Origin: Candidatus Pacearchaeota archaeon
Lineage (GTDB): Archaea; Nanobdellota; Nanobdellia; Pacearchaeales; GW2011-AR1
NCBI GenBank assembly: GCA_050302495.1
Contig: JBNLBP010000001.1
Coordinates: 1 to 63,268 of the forward strand
DNA: 63,268 nucleotides
Direction of reading: 5' to 3'
Shown here: positions 43,439 to 50,820 of the stretch, piece by piece
How the letters are laid out: each line of letters begins with the position of its first letter
Position numbering within the stretch: the stretch's first letter is position 1
Notes under the pieces: generated by a model
The model's input: only the letters and a program-made list of their open reading frames with translations
What the model was told of the DNA's origin: nothing
Databases searched by the model: none
Made by a program: the position numbers and the translations under genes

Positions 43439-44305
43439 ATGACCGAAAAAGAACTTAATAAAAAAACTGCAGAAGCATACAAAGATAATTTGAATACTGA
43501 CGCGGAAGAAGCTACAGAGAAAATGATAAAGGATGAAGAAAATGATGAATATGCAGAAGTTCCTGAAGAAGTTTTAGATGAGAAAGAACTTAAGGAATTA
43601 AAAGAGATGGAAAAGGACACTAAGAAGCCTGGAAGGGACAGAAGAGATAGCGCTCCTGCAGAAGCATGGTCTCCTATTACAAAGTTAGGGGTTGCTGTAA
43701 AAGAAGGAACAATCAAAGATATTGATGAAATTATTGAGAAAAAAATGAAGATCCTTGAACCAGAAATAGTTGATAAATTAATACCTGTTGAATCAGATTT
43801 AATTTCTATAGGGCAATCTAAAGGTAAGTTTGGTGGTGGAAAAAGGAGAGCATGGAGACAGACTCAAAGAAAAAAGAAGGAAGGAAATGTTGCTACATTC
43901 TCAGCTATGGCCGTTATTGGCGATGGTAATGGTCATGTGGGTATTGGAACAGGAAAGTCTACAGAGACTCTTCCAGCAAGAGATAAAGCTACAAGAAAAG
44001 CTAAAATTAATGTAATAAAAATTATTAGGGGGGATGGAAGTTTCGATTCTGTTGGAGGAGGAAATACAAGTATTCCATTCAAAGTTTCAGGTCAAGCAGG
44101 AAGTGTAAGAATTACTTTAATGCCTGCTGCTCCAGGTACAGGTCTTGTTGCAGGGGATGAAATGAAGAAGATACTTAGAATTGCAGGAATAAAAGATATA
44201 TACTCAAAAACAGAAGGAAAATTGTCTACAAAGTTTAACCTTGCAAAAGCAACAATAGATGCACTTAAGAAAACAAATCCTTTGTATAAGAGGGCAAAAC
44301 AATAA
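43439..44305 (+). CDS. rps5: ribosomal protein S5 (uS5) with ~65-aa acidic N-terminal extension
   Basis: Core AEAWSPITKLG...GKFGGGKRRAW...; extra N-terminal D/E/K-rich segment. Confidence 0.85.
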   Translation: MTEKELNKKTAEAYKDNLNTDAEEATEKMIKDEENDEYAEVPEEVLDEKELKELKEMEKDTKKPGRDRRDSAPAEAWSPITKLGVAVKEGTIKDIDEIIEKKMKILEPEIVDKLIPVESDLISIGQSKGKFGGGKRRAWRQTQRKKKEGNVATFSAMAVIGDGNGHVGIGTGKSTETLPARDKATRKAKINVIKIIRGDGSFDSVGGGNTSIPFKVSGQAGSVRITLMPAAPGTGLVAGDEMKKILRIAGIKDIYSKTEGKLSTKFNLAKATIDALKKTNPLYKRAKQ

Positions 44306-44306
44306 A

Positions 44307-44669
44307 ATGAAAATCGCAGTAATAAGGATAAAAGGAATGGTTGGACTAAAAACAGACATAGCTGAGACTTTGGATAGATTAAGATTGAGAAGAAAATATG
44401 CGTGTGTGGTTATAGAAGATACACCAGAGAATTTAGGAATGATAAAGAAGGTTGGAGACTTTGTTGCACATGGCCCTATTGATGAAAAAACCTACAAAGA
44501 ATTAGTTGATAAGAGAGGAAAGAAAGATTCTGAAGGCAAACTTAAACCATTCTTTAGATTGCACCCTGCTAGAGGCGGAATGGAAACTAAAAAACACTTT
44601 GGAGTGGGTAAAGGAGTTTTAGGAAATAATAAAGATAAAATAAATGAATTAATAGGGAGGATGTTGTGA
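44307..44669 (+). CDS. rpl30: ribosomal protein L30 (uL30)
   Basis: Internal start MKIAVIRIKGMVGLK directly after the S5 stop; uL30 ferredoxin-like pattern. Confidence 0.8.
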   Translation: MKIAVIRIKGMVGLKTDIAETLDRLRLRRKYACVVIEDTPENLGMIKKVGDFVAHGPIDEKTYKELVDKRGKKDSEGKLKPFFRLHPARGGMETKKHFGVGKGVLGNNKDKINELIGRML

Positions 44670-44670
44670 A

Positions 44671-44889
44671 GTGTCCGAGTACTATAAGGGCAAAAAAATT
44701 AATGGCGAGCTTATTTGCGGAGTGAGTGATCAGGGAAACTACAATCCTATAATTACAACCGTTTCAAAGTCAGAGGACGAGAATTTAAGGAATACTTATG
44801 TTCTCAAAGAAGACATCCTTGAGTTTGTCAAGGCCGATCCGCTAACAGACAAACAAGCTAGAAATTACATAAACAAATCAAAAAGATAA
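44671..44889 (+). CDS. small hypothetical protein inserted between L30 and L15 (YegP/DUF1508-like motif), GTG start
   Basis: 72 aa; GTG start 10 nt after GGGAGG; motif YYKGKKINGELICGVSDQGNY; locally GC-richer codons. Confidence 0.5.
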   Translation: MSEYYKGKKINGELICGVSDQGNYNPIITTVSKSEDENLRNTYVLKEDILEFVKADPLTDKQARNYINKSKR

Positions 44890-44890
44890 A

Positions 44891-45382
44891 ATGGCGCAAA
44901 GAACACATAAAAGAAAAAAATCAACAAGATACCATGGAAGGAATATGGGTACTTCTAGCAATGGTTCTAGAAAAACACATAGAAGTTCAGGTAATAAAGG
45001 TGGAACGGGATTATCTGGTACTGGAAAGAGAGCAGACCATAAGAAAACATTGATAAACAAATTATACGGAAATAATTACTTTGGGAAACAAGGAATTACC
45101 TCTAAGAAGACTCAGAGAGATAAGAGATTAAGAATAACTCTTTCTCAAATAATGAATAACCTTGAAAGCTATGGAAAAAAGACTGCAAAAGGTTGGGAAA
45201 TTGATTTAAGCAAGTACAAAATACTTGGTAAAATTGAAGTTAAGGAAAAATTAATAATAAAGGCTCTTGAAGCATCAAAAGGAGCAATTGAATCGGTTAA
45301 GAAATCTGGTGGAGAGATAGTTTTGCCTGTTCCTAAAAAGAAGGTTGAAGTCAAAAGTTCCGACGATGGCAAAGAAGAATAG
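44891..45382 (+). CDS. rpl15: ribosomal protein L15 (uL15)
   Basis: 163 aa; Gly/basic-rich N-terminus TRYHGRNMGTSSNGSRKTHRSSGNKGGTG typical of uL15; precedes secY. Confidence 0.85.
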   Translation: MAQRTHKRKKSTRYHGRNMGTSSNGSRKTHRSSGNKGGTGLSGTGKRADHKKTLINKLYGNNYFGKQGITSKKTQRDKRLRITLSQIMNNLESYGKKTAKGWEIDLSKYKILGKIEVKEKLIIKALEASKGAIESVKKSGGEIVLPVPKKKVEVKSSDDGKEE

Positions 45383-45413
45383 TTTTAAAAACACTCTTTC
45401 TTAATTCTATACT

Positions 45414-46808
45414 ATGGCAAATCTTACGAAGATATTCTCTTTAATTCCTGAAGTTAGGAATCCAGATGAAAAGAAGCTAGCTTTTAATGTGAAGCTTAAG
45501 TGGACACTTGTTGTATTGATAGGATTTTTTATTTTAGCAAACATACCTTTGTTTGGTTTGACGAATAATGCTTTGGAGAGATTCCAATATTTAGCTATAA
45601 TTTTAGGGACAGATTTTGGTTCAATAATTTCTTTAGGTATTGGTCCGATCGTTATGGCTTCGATTATATTGCAGTTGTTAACGGGAGCGGGTATTTTAAA
45701 CATAAATACAAACACTGCAGAAGGAAAGAAGTTTTTCCAAGGAGTTCAGAAATTAATGGTGTTCTTCTTTATATTATTTGAAGCCACAGTTTATGTATTA
45801 ATGAAAGGTCTTGAAGCTGCCCCTGGACTTGCAGGAATAGTTATCTTCCAACTTATAATTGGAGGTATTGCGATTTACTATATGAATGAACTTTGTGAAA
45901 AATGGGGATTCGGTTCGGGAGTTAGTTTGTTCATTGCAGCGGGAGTATCTTGGAATCTATTTACTGGTGCATTCCAGTTCATAAATCAGCAAGGTAGAAA
46001 CTGTCTTGCAGATTTCTCGGGAACTGCATGTTCAGGAAAGATTTTCGTATTAATACAATCAATTGTGAATAAGTACCCTGTTGAATTTATGTCCGCACTT
46101 GGGGCTATTGTAGCAACGGTTGCTATATTTTTGTTGGTAGTTTGGGCCCAATCGCTTAAGGTAGAAATTCCTTTGAGTTTTGGAAGAATTAGAGGATATG
46201 GTGTAAAGTGGCCTTTGAGTTTCTTCTACGCTTCAGTTATCCCTGTTATTTTAACTGCTGCTTTAGTTGCAAACATACAACTATTTGGAGGGCTTTTGGA
46301 GAATTGGAGAGGTCATGCAACATTCCTAGGTCATTTCGTAAATGGTCAGGCAGTGTCCGGTTTAGGGTTCTGGCTTGGGCATACGAATTTGCTTGAATTG
46401 GCAATAAGAGGAGGATTCTTACCTAGGTTCTTAGTCCAAGGATTGACGCACATAATATTCTATACTGGACTTGCAATGTTGTTCTCGATATTTTGGGTTA
46501 AAAGTTCTGGAATGGACTCAAAAGCTCAAGCTCAAAAGATATCTTCATCAGGATTACAAGTTGCAGGTTTCAGACAAGATAACAGAGTTTTGGAAAGCAT
46601 ATTAGATAGATATATAATGCCTTTAACAGTTATGGGAGGAGCGGCAATAGGATTGCTAGCTGCTTTAACAGACTTGTTAGGTGCTATGGTTTCAGGAACA
46701 GCGATACTTTTGGTTATCATGATAATGTTCCAATTCTATCAGAGTATTGCACAACAACACATGACAGATATGAATCCTGCTATGAGGAAGTTTATGGGAA
46801 ATGCATAA
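45414..46808 (+). CDS. secY: protein translocase subunit SecY
   Basis: 464 aa, 10 TM; conserved position after L15. Confidence 0.9.
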   Translation: MANLTKIFSLIPEVRNPDEKKLAFNVKLKWTLVVLIGFFILANIPLFGLTNNALERFQYLAIILGTDFGSIISLGIGPIVMASIILQLLTGAGILNINTNTAEGKKFFQGVQKLMVFFFILFEATVYVLMKGLEAAPGLAGIVIFQLIIGGIAIYYMNELCEKWGFGSGVSLFIAAGVSWNLFTGAFQFINQQGRNCLADFSGTACSGKIFVLIQSIVNKYPVEFMSALGAIVATVAIFLLVVWAQSLKVEIPLSFGRIRGYGVKWPLSFFYASVIPVILTAALVANIQLFGGLLENWRGHATFLGHFVNGQAVSGLGFWLGHTNLLELAIRGGFLPRFLVQGLTHIIFYTGLAMLFSIFWVKSSGMDSKAQAQKISSSGLQVAGFRQDNRVLESILDRYIMPLTVMGGAAIGLLAALTDLLGAMVSGTAILLVIMIMFQFYQSIAQQHMTDMNPAMRKFMGNA

Positions 46809-47523
46809 GATGACAGAAGAAGAAAATACAAAAAAAGAGGAAGTGGACGATACTGTTTCTGAAGAAGTTTTGAAGGTTGAAGAGAAAACTCCCGAGGAAG
46901 ATAAAAAAACTGAAGAAGTTAAAGAGGAAATTGTTCAAGAGAAAAAAACTGATCCAAGGAATTCAAGCAACCTTATGAAAGATAAGAATGCTAAAGAAGG
47001 AAGTTTTACACCATTAGTTTTGATTATGATTGCTTCACTAGTTATTGCATTTTATTGGGATAAAATATCATTCATAAAAGAAGCGATACACTTTATTTTT
47101 AATCCAACCGCTGGAGCATTATTGGATTGGAATTTAAACATTGGTATGTTGATTATAGTTTTTATTATTTCTATTATTACAACACTAGTTCAGAAATATG
47201 CAACGGACCAAGATAAGTTGAAAGAATTGAAGAAAGAGCAGAAAGAAATACAAAAGCAGATGAAAGAGTTCAAGAATCATCCTGAGAAAATCATGGAGTT
47301 GCAGAAAAAACAATTTGCAATGATGCCAAAGCAGATGAAGTTGTCTATGAGAGGTATTGCTTATACAGGTATACCGTTTATATTGTTCTTTAGATGGTTT
47401 AATGATTATTTCTTAGCTGCAGGAAATCCAAAATTCATTCTTGGATTGAGTTGGTTCTGGTTCTATTTGATATTTGCAATGGTATTCAGTTCTATCCTTA
47501 GGAAGAAAATGGATGTTGTTTAG
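46801..47523 (+). CDS. DUF106-family membrane protein (archaeal YidC/Oxa1/EMC3-like insertase homolog) with acidic N-terminal extension
   Basis: Two N-terminal TM helices, Lys/Glu-rich coiled-coil (KLKELKKEQKEIQKQMKEFK), then two C-terminal TMs, the DUF106 topology; located after secY as in other archaea. Confidence 0.5.
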   Translation: MHKMTEEENTKKEEVDDTVSEEVLKVEEKTPEEDKKTEEVKEEIVQEKKTDPRNSSNLMKDKNAKEGSFTPLVLIMIASLVIAFYWDKISFIKEAIHFIFNPTAGALLDWNLNIGMLIIVFIISIITTLVQKYATDQDKLKELKKEQKEIQKQMKEFKNHPEKIMELQKKQFAMMPKQMKLSMRGIAYTGIPFILFFRWFNDYFLAAGNPKFILGLSWFWFYLIFAMVFSSILRKKMDVV

Positions 47524-47565
47524 ACCATTCAAAACCCTTAAAAATGCTTTTTATCTGGATTATTC

Positions 47566-47967
47566 ATGGCTAAAAGTGAGAAATCAGAACAAGAACTTAT
47601 GATGAAGTTTAGTATGTTTGAACAGCAAATAAGACTAATTCAAGATCAACTTCAGGCAGTTGAACAGAAAATACTAGAATTGAAAGATATAGAATTAGGC
47701 CTTGAAGAATTAATCGGTAAAGCGAACTCAGAAATCTATGCTCCAGTTGGAAGCGGAATATATGTTAAAGCAAAATTGGAATCAGAAGAGTTATTAGTTA
47801 ATGTTGGAGGGAGAAACCTTATTTCAAAAGATATTCCTGAAACAAGAAAGATTTTACAAGAACAAATAAAGAAATTAGAGGGAATAAGAGGGGACTTGAA
47901 TAAAGAAATGGATAAAATCAATGACGAAGTAACTAAGGTTTTTATGGAACACAAAGAAAATAACTAA
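47566..47967 (+). CDS. pfdA: prefoldin alpha subunit
   Basis: 133 aa; coiled coil flanking two beta-hairpins (IYAPVGSGIYVKAKL...VNVGGRNLIS). Confidence 0.65.
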   Translation: MAKSEKSEQELMMKFSMFEQQIRLIQDQLQAVEQKILELKDIELGLEELIGKANSEIYAPVGSGIYVKAKLESEELLVNVGGRNLISKDIPETRKILQEQIKKLEGIRGDLNKEMDKINDEVTKVFMEHKENN

Positions 47968-47970
47968 TAA

Positions 47971-48789
47971 TTATTTCATCATTTTTCTTATGAAAGTATT
48001 GTAGGACATAAAACCCTCTTCAGTTATTATTCCAGAAATGTATTTTTTATCGATAAATTCAAATGCGGGATTTTTTATTTTTATTTTTCTTGGAGCGTTA
48101 TCCCAAATTTCATTTAATTTTCTTTGTTCAATAGGCACAGGGCTTTTTGTGAATTTCCAAGAGTCTGCAACTATGTAAAAAGGTATTTTTTCGTCCTTGG
48201 CGATTCTGGCTACAAGTTCCGAACCCACTTTATTGATAACTCCATTTTTTGTCAGGGCATCGGCTCCAAGAAAGACAATTGAGACTTTTTTTGTTCCTTG
48301 TTCCTTCCCAAGTGCAATTCCAATAGCAGAATCTACAAACATAGTAACTTTTATTCCTGCTTTACGAAGTTCTTTTGAAGTTTTTCTTCCTTGGAATAGA
48401 GGTCGAGTCTCAGTGTTATACACTTCAAACTTTTTTCCCTTATTATGAGAATATTTTAGAGCATTAGAAACATTTGTAGAATGGCAATGTGTGAATATTA
48501 CTGAATTTGGTTTTATTATTTTATGAACGTAAGAATTTATTTTATCTTGAGCGGAATCAAAATGGTATAGAATTGTCTCTTTTGGAATTCCCAATTCGGC
48601 CATTTCCAACACATTTTCCATCATTGGCTCGGTAGGTCTAGATTTAAGGAGGGCTTTCTTTGATTTCTTTGAAGGAACTAAGAAATAAGCTTTTATTGCT
48701 GCTTTAGCAACATTACGCGCCCCTTGTATTTTTACGGATTTTATATCCCTTACAACTTTATCAAACTTCTTTTGTTTTGAAAACATCAT
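47971..48789 (-). CDS. eIF-2B alpha/beta/delta-family protein (aIF-2B subunit or ribose-1,5-bisphosphate isomerase-like)
   Basis: 272 aa; Rossmann-like core VIFTHCHSTNV...IVFLGADALTKNGVINKVGS typical of the e2b2/MtnA family. Confidence 0.6.
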   Translation of the reverse strand: MMFSKQKKFDKVVRDIKSVKIQGARNVAKAAIKAYFLVPSKKSKKALLKSRPTEPMMENVLEMAELGIPKETILYHFDSAQDKINSYVHKIIKPNSVIFTHCHSTNVSNALKYSHNKGKKFEVYNTETRPLFQGRKTSKELRKAGIKVTMFVDSAIGIALGKEQGTKKVSIVFLGADALTKNGVINKVGSELVARIAKDEKIPFYIVADSWKFTKSPVPIEQRKLNEIWDNAPRKIKIKNPAFEFIDKKYISGIITEEGFMSYNTFIRKMMK

Positions 48790-48899
48790 ACACCTCTTTG
48801 AGTCTTAAGAAAGATGAATATAAAAATTGTTCGTAAGAATATTATTTCTAATGTGTCCAACCTAAGAACATTTAAAAATATCTTTTATTATTTTTAGTT

Positions 48900-49766
48900 A
48901 TGCTTGAAAGAATAATAAGCCCAAAAACAGGTGAGAAATATCCGTGGAGAATGTTCTTTGTAGGAATAATTTACGCTTCTCTTTCACTATTGCTTGTTCA
49001 TTGGTTGTTTGGAGATGACCCTAGTCTGTCTGGAGCATCAGGGATGATGGTTGTTCTATTTTGCATAATGTTTACATTACCTTATATGTATTTTATAATA
49101 CGTAGAGAGGAAAGAGAAGACGAAGGCGTAGAGGGTTTCTTTGGTGTTTGGAAAGTTCATAAAGACGCAATTTATTCCCTTATGTGGTTGTTCTTTGGTT
49201 TTATAGTTGCTTTTGCTTTCTGGAATATGATCTTGCAAGACCCAAATCTTCTAAATTTCCAAGTTCAAACTTACTGTCAAATAAATGATCCTGCAAATGT
49301 TTCAAGATGTGTCTCTGACTATTCATTTGAAAGTATTGGGCAGTCTCTTGGAACTGGTGCTGCAACAAAGGAATTAAGATTGTTGGCAATTATCGAAAAT
49401 AATGTATATGTTATGATCTTTACTTTAATATTTTCATTGTTGTTTGGTGCTGGAGCAATATTTATTTTGGTATGGAATGCTAGCGTTATATCCGCAGCAA
49501 TAGGTATTTTCTCCAGATATAATCTGAAAGATCTTCCATTGGGCATTGCAAGATATATGATCCATGGATTCCCTGAAATCGCAGCTTACTTCATAACGGC
49601 TCTTGCAGGAGGAATGTTTGGAGTAGGAATTTTAAGGCATGGCTTCAAGGATAAAAGAACACTTAGAGTAATTGAGAATTCTATAATACTTCTGTTTATT
49701 GCAATAATTGTAATTATTCTTGCAGGGATTATTGAGGTTTATATAACTCCTCTTCTGTTTGGGTAG
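48900..49766 (+). CDS. SpoIIM-like (DUF95) family membrane protein
   Basis: 288 aa, ~6 TM; HGFPEIAAYFITALAGGMFG resembles the DUF95/SpoIIM signature. Confidence 0.45.
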   Translation: MLERIISPKTGEKYPWRMFFVGIIYASLSLLLVHWLFGDDPSLSGASGMMVVLFCIMFTLPYMYFIIRREEREDEGVEGFFGVWKVHKDAIYSLMWLFFGFIVAFAFWNMILQDPNLLNFQVQTYCQINDPANVSRCVSDYSFESIGQSLGTGAATKELRLLAIIENNVYVMIFTLIFSLLFGAGAIFILVWNASVISAAIGIFSRYNLKDLPLGIARYMIHGFPEIAAYFITALAGGMFGVGILRHGFKDKRTLRVIENSIILLFIAIIVIILAGIIEVYITPLLFG

Positions 49767-49796
49767 ATTTAAAAAAACCCAAATCAATAGAAAAGT

Positions 49797-50783
49797 ATGG
49801 AACCCTTAATTGCAATAACAATTTTTGCGAGTTTTTTTTGCTCATTTTTGATAACACCCCTTTGGATAAGGAAAGCCAAGTCTTTAGGGTTAACAGGTAA
49901 AGATATTCACAAGAAAAAATCTGAAGAGGTAGCAGAAGGGGGAGGAGTAGGTATCTTGTTTGGATTTACAATAGGCGTTTTACTTTATGTTGCAATAAAT
50001 ACGTTCTACTTTAACAATACTACCAAACTTACAGAAATATTTGCTTTACTTTGTGTTATATTCATAGGGTCAATTGTAGGAATAGTTGATGATTTGACTG
50101 GATGGAAAAAGGGGTTGAGTAGGAAGATAAGAATTGCGATAGTTGTATTTGCTGCAATTCCTTTAATGGTTATAAACGCGGGGGAATCTTCTATACTTGG
50201 AATAAATCTGGGCATATTCTTCCCATTGATAGTTATACCTCTTGGGATTGTTGGGGCGACAACAGTTTACAACACTCTAGCTGGATACAATGGTCTTGAA
50301 ACTTCGCAAGGTATGCTTTTACTTGGAGCTTTGGCTTATATTACATACATTACGGGAAACCCTTGGTTAAGTGTTGTTGCATTGTGTATGGTTGCTGCTC
50401 TTCTTGCATTCTACTTTTTCAATATGAATCCTGCTAAAATCTTCCCAGGAGATATTACAACATACTCAATTGGGGCTCTATTTGGGGGGATTGCTATAAT
50501 TGGAAATGTAGAAAAAATAGCTTTGTTCTTTTTCATACCCTATATATTTGAGATCATATTAAAGATCAGAGGTAAATTGGAAAAGGAGAGTTTTGGTAAA
50601 TTAAACCAAGATGGAGAAAGTCTTGATTTGAGGTATAATAAGATATATGGTCTTGAACATCTTGCTATAAAAATATTAAAGAAAGTCAAGAAATCTGGAA
50701 AAGCATACGAAAACGAAGTGGTCTGGTTGATAAATGGTTTCCAATTATTAATAATTATTCTTGGACTTTTGATATTCTTTTAA
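49797..50783 (+). CDS. aglH: UDP-GlcNAc:dolichyl-phosphate GlcNAc-1-phosphate transferase (AglH/GPT, MraY-WecA family)
   Basis: 328 aa polytopic; VGIVDDL (DDxxD) and NGLE motifs of polyprenyl-phosphate sugar-1-P transferases. Confidence 0.75.
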   Translation: MEPLIAITIFASFFCSFLITPLWIRKAKSLGLTGKDIHKKKSEEVAEGGGVGILFGFTIGVLLYVAINTFYFNNTTKLTEIFALLCVIFIGSIVGIVDDLTGWKKGLSRKIRIAIVVFAAIPLMVINAGESSILGINLGIFFPLIVIPLGIVGATTVYNTLAGYNGLETSQGMLLLGALAYITYITGNPWLSVVALCMVAALLAFYFFNMNPAKIFPGDITTYSIGALFGGIAIIGNVEKIALFFFIPYIFEIILKIRGKLEKESFGKLNQDGESLDLRYNKIYGLEHLAIKILKKVKKSGKAYENEVVWLINGFQLLIIILGLLIFF

Positions 50784-50820
50784 TAAAAAAGGTTTTAAAT
50801 GATCATTATTTATCAAGAAG

